Positions 50,201 through 61,300 of a DNA stretch of 64,000 bases are shown here, one piece after another. The notes beneath the pieces were generated by a model. That model ran no database searches, was not told the DNA's origin, and saw only the letters and a program-made list of their open reading frames with translations. Origin of the DNA: Eledone cirrhosa (taxonomy: Eukaryota); the NCBI GenBank assembly GCA_964016885.1, contig OZ024743.1, positions 132,432,001-132,496,000 on the forward strand. Direction: 5' to 3'. The first letter of the stretch is position 1, and each line of letters begins with the position of its first letter. Position numbers and translations under genes: made by a program.

Positions 50201-52599
50201 TGGTGCTTGGTGCTTGGTGTTTGGTGTTTGATGCTTGGTGCTTGATCCTTGGTGGTTGGTGCTTGGTGTTTGGTGCTTGGTGCTTGGTGATTGTACTTGG
50301 TGCTTGGTGCTTGGTGTTTGGTGCTTGGTGTTTGGTGCTTGGTGTTTGGTGTTTGCTCTTTGCTGTATGGTGTTTGGTGTTTGCTGCTTGGTGTTTGGTG
50401 TTTGGTGTTTGCTGTTTGGTGTTTGCTGTTTGGTGCTTGGTGTTTGGTGTTTGGTGCTTGGTGCTTGGGGCTTGGTGTTTGGTGCTTGGTGCTTGGTGCT
50501 TGGTGTTTGGTGTTTGGTGCTTGGTGTTTGGTGCTTGGTGCTTGGTGCTGGGTGTTTGGTGCTTGGTGCTTGGTGTTTGGTGCATGGTGCTTGGTTTTTG
50601 GTGTTTGTCGCTTGATGCTTGGTGCTTGGTGTTTGGTGCTTGGTGTTTGGTGTTTTGTGCTTGGTGCTTGGTGTTTGGTGTTTGGTGCTTGATGTTTGGT
50701 GTTTGGTGTTTGGTGCTTGGTGCTTGGTGTTTGTTGCTTGGTACTTGGTGCATTGTGTTTGATGCTTGGTGTTTGATGCTTGGTGCTTGGTGTTTGGTGC
50801 TTGGTGTTTGTACTTGGTGCTTGGTGCTTGGTGTTTTGTGCTTGGTTCTTGGTGTTTGGTGTTTGGCGCTTGGTGTTTGTTGTTTGGTGCTTTCTGCTTG
50901 CTGCTTGGTGTTTGGTGCTTGGTGATTGGTGCTTGGTGTTTGGTGCTTGGTGCTTGGTGTTTGGTGTTTGGTGCTAGGTGCTTGGTGTTTGGTGTCTGGT
51001 GTTTGGTGCTTGGTGTTTGGTGTTTGGTGCTTCGTGCTTGGGGCTTGGTGTTTGGTGCTAGGTGCTTGGTGCTTGGTGCTTGGTGTTTGGTGCTTGGTGT
51101 TTGGTGCTTGGTACTTGGGGCTTGGTGTTTGGTGCTTGGTGCTTGGTGTTTGGTGCTTGGTGCTTGGTGTTTGGTGTTTGGTGCTTGGTGCTTGGTGCTG
51201 GGTGGTTGGTGTTTGGTGCTTGGTGCTTGGTGTTTGGTGCTTGGTGCTTGGTGCTTGGTGTTTGGTGCTTGGTGCTTGGTGCTTGGTCTTTGGTGCTTGG
51301 TGTTTGGTGTTTGGTGTTTGGTGCTTGGTGCTTGGTGTTTGGTGCTTGGTGCTTGGTGATTAGTGTTTGGTGCTTGGTGCTTGTGGTTTGGTGTTTGGTG
51401 CTTGGTGCTTGGTGTTGGGTGCTTGGTGTTTGGTGTTTGCTGTTTGCTGTTTGGTGTCTGCTTTTTGGTGTTTGGTGTTTGCTGTATGGTGTTTGCTGTT
51501 TCGTGTTTATTGTTTGCTGTTTGGTGTTTGGTGTTTGGTGTTTGGTGTTTCCTGTTTGGTCTTTAGTCTTTGGTGCTTGGTGTTTGGTGCTTGGTGCTTG
51601 GTGTTTGGTGCTTGGTGCTTGTTGTTTGGTGATTTGTGCTTGGTGCTTGGTGTTTGGTGTTTGGTGCTTGGGTCTTGGTGTTTGGTGCTGCGTGGTTGGT
51701 GCTTGGTGCTTGGTGCTTGGTGTTTTGTGTTTGGTGTTTGATGCTTGGTGTTTGGTGTTTGGTGTTTGGTGCTTGGTGCTTGGTGTTTGGTGTTTGATGC
51801 TTGGTGTTTGATGCTTGGTGCTTGGTGTTTGGTGCTTGTTGTTTGTACTTGGTGCTTGGTGCTTGGTGTTTGGTGCTTGGTGTTTGGTGCTTGGCGTTTG
51901 GTGTTTGCTGTTTGCTGTTTGCTGTTTGGTATTTGCTGTTTGGTGTTTGGTGTTTGCTGTTTGGTGTTTGCTGTTTGGTGTTTGGTGCTTGCTGTTTGGT
52001 GCTTGGTGTTTGGTGCTTGGTGTTTGGTGTTTGGTGTTTGGTGTTTGGTGCTTGGTGCTTGGGGCTTGGTGTTTGGTGCTTGGTGCTTGGTGCTTGGTGT
52101 TTGGTGTTTGGTGCTTGGTGTTTGGTGCTTGCTGTTTGGTGCTTGGTGCTGGGTGTTTGGTGCTTGGTGTTTGGTGCATGGTGCTTGGTGCTTGGTGTTT
52201 GTCGCTTGGTGCTTGGTGCTTGGTGTTGGTGCTTGGTGTTTGGTGTTTGGTGCTTGGTGCTTGGTTTTTGGTGCTTGGTGCTTGGTGTTTGTTGCTTGGT
52301 ACTTGGTGCATCGTGTTTGGTGCTGGGTGCTTGGTGTTTGGTGCTTGGTGTTTGGTGCTTGGTGCTTGGTGTTTGGTGTTTGGTGTTTGATGCTTGGTGT
52401 TTGATGCTTGGTGCTTGGTGCTTGGTGTTTGGTGCTTGGTGTTTGTACTTGGTGCTTGGTGTTTTGTGCTTGGTTCTTTGTGTTTGGTATTTGGTGCTTG
52501 GTGCTTGGTGCTTGGTGTTAGGTGTTTGGTGCTTGGTGCTTGGTGTTTAGTGCTTGGTGCTTGGAGTTTGTTGTTTGGTGCTTTCTGCTTGCTGCTTGG

Positions 52600-54770
52600 T
52601 GTTTGGTGCTTGGTGCTTGGTGCTTGGTGTATGGTGTTTGGTGCTAGGTGCTTGGTGTTTGGTGTTTGGTGTTTGATGCTTGGTGTTTGGTGCTTGGTGT
52701 TTGGTGTTTTGTGCTTGGTGCTTGGGGCTTGGTGTTTAGTGCTTGGTGCTTGGTGCTTGGTGTTTGGTGCTTGGTGCTTGGTGTTTGGTGTTTGGTGCTT
52801 GGTGCTTGGTGTTTGGTGCTTGGTGCTTGGTGCTGGGTGGTTGGTATTTGGTGCTTGGTGCTTGGTGTTTGGTGCTTGGTGCTTGGTGCTTGGTGTTTGG
52901 TGCTTGGTGCTTGGTGCTTGGTCTTTGGTGATTGGTGTTTGGTGCTTGGTGCTTGGTGCTTGGTGTTTGGTGATTGGTGATTAGTGTTTGGTGCTTGCTG
53001 CTTGGGGTTTGGTGTTTGGTGCTTGGTACTTGGTGTTTGGTGCTTGGTGTTTGGTGTTTGCTGTTTGCTTTTTGGTGTTTGGTGTTTGCTGTATGGTGTT
53101 TGCTGTTTGGTGTTTGGTGTTTGCTGTTTGGTGTTTGGTGTTTGCTGTTTGGTGCTTGGTGCTTGGTGCTTGGTGTTTGGTGCTTGGTGCTTGGTGTTTG
53201 GTGTTTGTTGCTTGGTGCTTGGTGCTTGGTGTTTGGTGTTTGGTGTTTGGTGCTTGGTGTCTGGTGCTTGGTGTTTGGTGTTTGGTGTTTGGTGCTTGGT
53301 GTTTGGTGTTTGGTGTTTGGTGCTTGGTGTTTGGTGTTTGGTGTTTGGTGTTTGGTGCTTGTTGCTTGGTGCTTGGTGCTTGGTGTTTGGTGCTTGGTGC
53401 TTGGTGTTTGTTGCTGGGTGCTTGGTGTTTGGTGCTTGGTGCTTGGTGCTTGGTGTTTGGTGCTTGGTGCTTGGTGCTTGGTGTTTGGTGTTTGGTGCTT
53501 GGTATTTGGTGTTTGGTGTTTGGTGCTTGGTGTTTGATGCTTGGTGCTTGGTCCTTGGTGTTTGGTGCTTGGTGCTTGGTGTTTGTACTTGGTGCTTGGT
53601 GCTTGGTTCTTGGTGCTTGGTGCTTGGTGCTTGGTGCTTTGTGCTTGGTGTTTGGTGCTTGGTGTTTGGTGCTTGGTGTTTGGTGCTTGGTGCCTGGTGC
53701 TTGGTGCTTGGTGCTTGGTGTTTGGTGCTTGGAGTTTGGTGCTTGGTGTTAGGTGTTTGGTGCTTGGTGCTTGGTGTTTGGTGTTTGGTGCTTGGTGTTT
53801 GGTTCTTGGTGCTTGGTGTTTGGTGTTTGGTGCTTGGTGTTTGGTGCTTGGTACTTGGTGCTTGGTGCTTGGTGTTAGGTGTTTGGTGCTTGGTGCTTGG
53901 TGTTTGGTTTTTGGTGCTTGTTGCTTGGTGTTTGGTGTTTGGTGCTTGCTGCTGGCTGCTTGGTGTTTGGTGCTTGGTGATTGGTGCTTGGTGTTTGGTG
54001 TTTGGTACTAGGTGCTTGGTGATTGGTGTTTGGCGCTTGGTGCTTGGTGTTTGGTGTTTGGTGTTTGGTGCTTGCTGCTTGGTGCTTGGTGCTGGGTGGT
54101 TGGTGTTTGGTGCTTGGTGATTAGTGTTTGGTGCTAGGTGCTTGGGGTTTGGTGTTTGGTGCTTGGTGCTTGGTGCTTGGTGCTTGGTGTATGGTGTTTG
54201 GTGCTAGGTGCTTGGTGTTTGGTGTTTGGTGTCTGATGCTTGGTGTTTGGTGCTTGGTGTTTGGTGTTTTGTGCTTGGTGCTTGGGGCTTGGTGTTTAGT
54301 GCTTGGTGCTTGGTGCTTGGTGTTTGGTGCTTGGTGCTTGGTGTTTGGTGTTTGGTGCTTGGTGCTTGGTGTTTGGTGCTTGGTGCTTGGTGCTGGGTGG
54401 TTGGTATTTGGTGCTTGGTGCTTGGTGTTTGGTGCTTGGTGCTTGGTGCTTGGTGTTTGGTGCTTGGTGCTTGGTGCTTGGTCTTTGGTGCTTGGTGTTT
54501 GGTGCTTGGTGCTTGGTGCTTGGTGTTTGGTGCTTGGTGATTAGTGTTTGGTGCTTGCTGCTTGGGGTTTGGTGTTTGGTGCTTGGTACTTGGTGTTTGG
54601 TGCTTGGTGTTTGGTGTTTGCTGTTTGGTGTTTGGTGTTTGGTGTTTGCTGTTTGCTTTTTGGTGTTTGGTGTTTGCTGTATGGTGTTTGCTGTTTGGTG
54701 TTTGGTGTTTGCTGTTTGGTGCTTGGTGCTTGGTGTTTGGTGTTTGGTGCTTGGTGCTTGGTGTTTGGTA
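52600..54770 (+). repeat. 1560-bp periodic duplication (about 1.4 copies), with a further copy near 58990-59600
   Basis: ORF sets 52648/54208/59074, 52743/54303/59169 and 52984/54544/59410. 1560 = 223 x 7 - 1 (TTGTAC at 53583). Confidence 0.8.
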
Positions 54771-57700
54771 CTAGGTGCTTGGTGATTGGTGTTTGGCGCT
54801 TGGTGCTTGGTGTTTGTTGTTTGGTGTTTGGTGCTTGCTGCTTGGTGCTTGGTGCTGGGTGGTTGGTGTTTGGTGCTTGGTGATTAGTGTTTGGTGCTAG
54901 GTGCTTGGGGTTTGGTGTTTGGTGCTTGGTGCTTGGTGTTTGGTGCTTGGTGCTTGGTGTTTGGTGTTTGCTGTTTGCTGTTTGGTGTTTGTTGTTTGGT
55001 GTTTGTTGTTTGGTGTTTGCTGTTTGGTGTTTGGTATTTGGTGTTTGCTGTTTGGTGTCTGCTTTTTGGTGTTTGGTGTTTGCTGTATGTTGTTTGGTGT
55101 TTGGTGTTTGGTGTTTGGTGTTTGGTGTTTGGTGCTTGGTGCTTGGTGTTTGGTGCTTGGTGCTTGGTGTTTGGTGCCTGGTGCTTGGTACTTGGTGTTT
55201 GGTGTTTGGTGCTTGGTGCTTGGTGCTTGGAGTTTGGTGTTTGGTGCTTGGTGCTTGGTGTTTTGTGTTTGGTGTTTGGTTTTTGGTGCTTGGTGCTTGG
55301 TGCTTGGTGCTTAGTCCTTGGTGTTTGGTGCTTGGTGCTTGGTGTTTGTACTTGGTGCTTGGTGCTTGGTGTTTGGTTCTTTGTTCTTGGTGTTTGGTAC
55401 TTGGTGCTTGGTGCTTGGTGCTTGGTGTTAGGTGTTTGGTGCTTGGTGCTTGGTGTTTGGTGCTTGGTGTTTGCTGTCTGGTGTTTGGTGTTTGGTGTTT
55501 GGTGTTTGCTGTTTGGTGTCTGCTTTTTGGTGTTTGGTGTTTGCTGTATGGTGTTTGCTGTTTGGTGTTTGGTGCTTCGTGTTTGGTGTTTGGTCTTTGG
55601 TGCTTGGTGTCTGGTGCTTGATGTTTGGTGTTTGGTGTTTGGTGCTTGGTGCTTGGTGTTTGGTGCTTGGTGCTTGGTGTTTGTACTTGGTGCTTGGTGC
55701 TTGGTGTTTGGTGCTTGGTTCTTGGTGTTTGGTGCTTGGTGTTTGGTGCTTGGTGCTTGGTGTTTGGTGCTTGGTGCTTGGTGTTTGGTGTTTGGTGCTT
55801 GGTCCTTGGTGCTTGGTGTTAGGTGTTTGGTGCTTGGTGCTTGGTGTTTAGTGTTTGGTTCTTGGTGCTTGGTATTTGGTGCTTGGTGCCTGCTGCTTGG
55901 TGTTTGGTGCTTGGTGATTGATGCTTGGTGTTTGGTGCTTGGTGCCCAGTGTTTGGTTTTTGGTGCTAGGTGCTTGGTGCATGGTGTTTGGTGCTTGGTG
56001 TTTGGTGTTTGGTGGTTGGTGCTTGGGGATTGGTGTTTGGTACTTGGTGCTTGGTGCTTGGTGTTTGGTGCTTGGTGCTTGGTGTTTGGTGTTTGGTGCT
56101 TGGTGCTTGGTATTTGGTGCTTGGTGCTTGGTGTTTGGTGTTTGGTGCTTGGTGCTTGGTGTTTGGTGCTTGGTGCTTGGTGCTTGTTGTTTGGTGATTG
56201 GTGCTTGGTGCTTGGCGTTTGGTGTTTGGTGCTTGGGGCTTGGTTTTTGGTGCTGCGTGCTTGGTGCTTGGTGCTTGGTGCTTGGTGCTTGGTGTTTGAT
56301 GCTTGGTGTTTGATGCTTTGTGTTTGGTGTTTGGTGTTTGGTGCTTGGTGTTTGGTGTTTGATGCTTGGTGCTTGATGCTTGGTGCTTGGTGCTTGGTGT
56401 TTGGTGCTTGGTGCTTGGTGTTTGGTGTTTGGTGCTTGGTGCTTGGTGTTTGGTGCTTGGTGCTTGGTGCGTGTTGTTTGATGATTGGTACTTGGTACTT
56501 GGTGTTTGGTGTTTGGTGCTTGGGGCTTGGTGTTTGGTGCTGCGTGCTTGGTGCTTGGTGCTTGGTGCTTGGTGCTTGGTGTTTTGTGTTTGGTGTTTGA
56601 TGCTTGGTGCTTGGTGTTTGGTGTTTGGTGCTTGGTGTTTGGTGTTTGCTGTTTGCTGTTTGCTGTTTGGTGTTTGCTGTTTGGTGTTTGGTGTTTGGTG
56701 TTTGCTGTTTGGTGTTTGCTGTTTGGTGTTTGGTGCTTGCTGTTTGGTGCTTGGTGTTTGGTGCTTGGTGCTTGGTGTTTGGTGTTTGGTGTTTGGTGCT
56801 TGGTGCTTGGGGCTTGATTTGGTGCTTGGTGCTTGGTGCTTGGTGTTTGGTGTTTGGTGCTTGGTGTTTGGTGCTTGGTGCTTGGTGCTGGGTGTTTGGT
56901 GCTTGGTGTTTGGTGCATGGTGCTTGGTGCTTGTTGTTTGTCGCTTGTTGCTTGGTGCTTGGTGTTTGGTGCTTGGTGCTTGGTGTTTGGTGTTTGGTGC
57001 TTGGTGCTTGGTGTTTGGTGTTTGGTGCTTGGTGTTTGGTGTTTGGTGCTTGGTGCTTGGTGTTTGCTGCTTGGTACTTGGTGCATGGTGTTTGGTGCTT
57101 GGTGTTTGGTGCTTGGTGCTTGGTGTTTGGTGTTTGGTGTTTGATGCTTGGTGTTTTATGCTTGGTGCTTGGTGTTTGGTGCTTGGTGTTTGTACTTGGT
57201 GCTTGGTGCTTGGTGTTTTGTGCTTGGTTCTTGGTGTTTGGTGTTTGGTGCTTGGTACTTGGTGCTTGGTGTTAGGTGTTTGGTGCTTGGTGCTTGGTGT
57301 TTGGTGTTTGGTCCTTGGTGCTTGGTGCTTGGTGTTTAGTGCTTGGTGCTTGGTGTTTGTTGTTTGGTGCTTTCTGCTTGCTGCTTGGTGTTTGCTGCTT
57401 GGTGCTTGGTGCTTGGTGTTTGGAGTCTGGTGCTAGGTGCTTGGTGTTTGGTGTTTGGTGTTTGATGCTTGGTGTTTGGTGCTTGGTGTTTGGTGCTTGG
57501 TGCTTGGGGCTTGGTGTTTGGTGCTTGGTGCTTGGTGCTTGGTGTTTGGTGCTTGGTGTTTGGTGTTTGGTGTTTGATGCTTGGTGTTTGGTGCTTGGTG
57601 TTTGGTGCTTGGTGCTTGGGGCTTGGTGTTTGGTGTTTGGTGCTTGGTGCTTGGTGTTTGGTGCTTGGTGCTTGGTGCTGGGTGGTTGGTATTTGGTGCT

Positions 57701-58389
57701 TGGTGCTTGGTGTTTGGTGCTTGGTGCTTGGTGCTTGGTGTTTGGTGCTTGGTGCTTGGTGCTTGGTCTTTGGTGCTTGGTCTTTGGTGTTTGGTGCTTG
57801 GTGCTTTGTGTTTGGTGCTTGGTGATTAGTGTTTGGTGCTTGGTGCTTGGGGTTTGGTGTTTGGTGCTTGGTACTTGGTGTTTGGTGCTTGGTGTTTGGT
57901 GTTTGCTGTTTGGTGTTTGGTGTTTGGTGTTTGCTGTATGGTGTTTGCTGTTTCGTGTTTGGTGTTTGCTGTTTGGTGTTTGGTGTTTGCTGTTTGGTGT
58001 TTGGTCTTTGGTGCTTGGTGTTTGTTGCTTGGTGCTTGGTGTTTGGTGTTTGGTGCTTGGTGTTTGGTGTTTGGTGCTTGGTGCTTGGTGCTTGGTGTTT
58101 GGTGTTTGGTGTTTGGTGCTTGGTGTCTGGTGCTTGGTGTTTGGTGTTTGGTGTTTGGTGCTTGGTGTTTGGTGTTTGGTGTTTGGTGTTTGGTGCTTGT
58201 TGCTTGGTACTTGGTGCTTGGTGTTTGGTGCTTGGTGCTTGGTGCTTGGTGTTTGGTGTTTGGTGCTTGGTGCTTGGTGCTTGGTGTTTGGTGTTTGGTG
58301 CTTGGTGTTTGGTGCTTGGTGCTTGCTGTTTGGTGCTGGGTGCTTGGTGTTTGGTGCTTGGTGCTTGGTGCTTGGTGTTTGATGTTTGG

Positions 58390-61300
58390 TGCTTGGTGCT
58401 TGGTGTTTGGTGCTTGGTGCTTGGTGTTTGTACTTGGTGCTTGGTGCTTGGTTCTTGGTGTTTGGTGCTTGGTGCTTGGTGCTTGGTGCTTGGTGTTTGG
58501 TGCTTGGTGTTTGGTGCTTGGTGTTTGGTGCTTGGTGCCTGGTGCTTGGTGCTTGGTGCTTGGTGCTTGGTGTTTGGTGCTTGGAGTTTGGTGCTTGGTG
58601 TTAGGTGTTTGGTGCTTGGTGCTTGGTGTTTGGTGTTTGGTGCTTGGTGTTTGGTTCTTGGTGCTTGGTGTTTGGTGTTTGGTGCTTGGTGTTTGGTGCT
58701 TGGTACTTGGTGCTTGGTGCTTGGTGTTAGGTGTTTGGTGCTTGGTGCTTGGTGTTTGGTTTTTGGTGCTTGTTGCTTGGTGTTTGGTGTTTGGTGCTTG
58801 CTGCTGGCTGCTTGGTGTTTGGTGCTTGGTGATTGGTGCTTGGTGTTTGGTGCTTGGTGTTTGGTGTTTGGTACTAGGTGCTTGGTGATTGGTGTTTGGC
58901 GCTTGGTGCTTGGTGTTTGGTGTTTGGTGTTTGGTGCTTGCTGCTTGGTGCTTGGTGCTGGGTGGTTGGTGTTTGGTGCTTGGTGATTAGTGTTTGGTGC
59001 TAGGTGCTTGGGGTTTGGTGTTTGGTGCTTGGTGCTTGGTGCTTGGTGCTTGGTGTATGGTGTTTGGTGCTAGGTGCTTGGTGTTTGGTGTTTGGTGTTT
59101 GATGCTTGGTGTTTGGTGCTTGGTGTTTGGTGTTTTGTGCTTGGTGCTTGGGGCTTGGTGTTTAGTGCTTGGTGCTTGGTGCTTGGTGTTTGGTGCTTGG
59201 TGCTTGGTGTTTGGTGTTTGGTGCTTGGTGCTTGGTGTTTGGTGCTTGGTGCTTGGTGCTGGGTGGTTGGTATTTGGTGCTTGGTGCTTGGTGTTTGGTG
59301 CTTGGTGCTTGGTGCTTGGTGTTTGGTGCTTGGTGCTTGGTGCTTGGTCTTTGGTGCTTGGTGTTTGGTGCTTGGTGCTTGGTGCTTGGTGTTTGGTGCT
59401 TGGTGATTAGTGTTTGGTGCTTGCTGCTTGGGGTTTGGTGTTTGGTGCTTGGTACTTGGTGTTTGGTGCTTGGTGTTTGGTGTTTGCTGTTTGGTGTTTG
59501 GTGTTTGGTGTTTGCTGTTTGCTTTTTGGTGTTTGGTGTTTGCTGTATGGTGTTTGCTGTTTGGTGTTTGGTGTTTGCTGTTTGGTGTTTGGTGTTTGCT
59601 GTTTGGTGCTTGGTGCTTGGTGTTTGGTGTTTGGTGCTTGGTGCTTGGTGTTTGGTGTTTGTTGCTTGGTGCTTGGTGTTTGGTGTTTGGTGTTTGGTGC
59701 TTGGTGTCTGGTGCTTGGTGTTTGGTGTTTGGTGTTTGGTGCTTGGTGTTTGGTGTTTGGTGTTTGGTGCTTGGTGTTTGGTGTTTGGTGTTTGGTGTTT
59801 GGTGCTTGTTGCTTGGTGCTTGGTGCTTGGTGTTTGGTGCTTGGTGCTTGGTGTTTGTTGCTGGGTGCTTGGTGTTTGGTGCTTGGTGCTTGTTGCTTGG
59901 TGTTTGGTGCTTGGTGCTTGGTGCTTGGTGTTTGGTGTTTGGTGCTTGGTATTTGGTGTTTGGTGTTTGGTGCTTGGTGTTTGATGCTTGGTGCTTGGTC
60001 CTTAGTGTTTGGTGCTTGGTGCTTGGTGTTTGTACTTGGTGCTTGGTGCTTGGTTCTTGGTGCTTGGTGCTTGGTGCTTGGTGCTTTGTGCTTGGTGTTT
60101 GGTGCTTGGTGTTTGGTGCTTGGTGTTTGGTGCTTGGTGCCTGGTGCTTGGTGCTTGGTGCTTGGTGTTTGGTGCTTGGAGTTTGGTGCTTGGTGTTAGG
60201 TGTTCGGTGCTTGGTGCTTGGTGTTTGGTGTTTGGTGCTTGGTGTTTGGTTCTTGGTGCTTGGTGTTTGGTGTTTGGTGCTTGGTGTTTGGTGCTTGGTA
60301 CTTGGTGCTTGGTGCTTGGTGTTAGGTGTTTGGTGCTTGGTGCTTGGTGTTTGGTTTTTGGTGCTTGTTGCTTGGTGTTTGGTGTTTGGTGCTTGCTGCT
60401 GGCTGCTTGGTGTTTGGTGCTTGGTGATTGGTGCTTGGTGTTTGGTGCTTGGTGTTTGGTGTTTGGTACTAGGTGCTTGGTGATTGGTGTTTGGCGCTTG
60501 GTGCTTGGTGTTTGTTGTTTGGTGTTTGGTGCTTGCTGCTTGGTGCTTGGTGCTGGGTGGTTGGTGTTTGGTGCTTGGTGATTAGTGTTTGGTGCTAGGT
60601 GCTTGGGGTTTGGTGTTTGGTGCTTGGTGCTTGGTGTTTGGTGCTTGGTGCTTGGTGTTTGGTGTTTGCTGTTTGCTGTTTGGTGTTTGTTGTTTGGTGT
60701 TTGTTGTTTGGTGTTTGCTGTTTGGTGTTTGGTATTTGGTGTTTGCTGTTTGGTGTCTGCTTTTTGGTGTTTGGTGTTTGCTGTATGTTGTTTGGTGTTT
60801 GGTGTTTGGTGTTTGGTGTTTGGTGTTTGGTGCTTGGTGCTTGGTGTTTGGTGCTTGGTGCTTGGTGTTTGGTGCCTGGTGCTTGGTACTTGGTGTTTGG
60901 TGTTTGGTGCTTGGTGCTTGGTGCTTGGAGTTTGGTGTTTGGTGCTTGGTGCTTGGTGTTTTGTGTTTGGTGTTTGGTTTTTGGTCCTTGGTGTTTGGTG
61001 CTTGGTGCTTGGTGTTTGTACTTGGTGCTTGGTGCTTGGTGTTTGGTTCTTTGTTCTTGGTGTTTGGTACTTGGTGCTTGGTGCTTGGTGCTTGGTGTTA
61101 GGTGTTTGGTGCTTGGTGCTTGGTGTTTGGTGCTTGGTGTTTGCTGTCTGGTGTTTGGTGTTTGGTGTTTGGTGTTTGCTGTTTGGTGTCTGCTTTTTGG
61201 TGTTTGGTGTTTGCTGTATGGTGTTTGCTGTTTGGTGTTTGGTGCTTCGTGTTTGGTGTTTGGTCTTTGGTGCTTGGTGTCTGGTGCTTGATGTTTGGTG

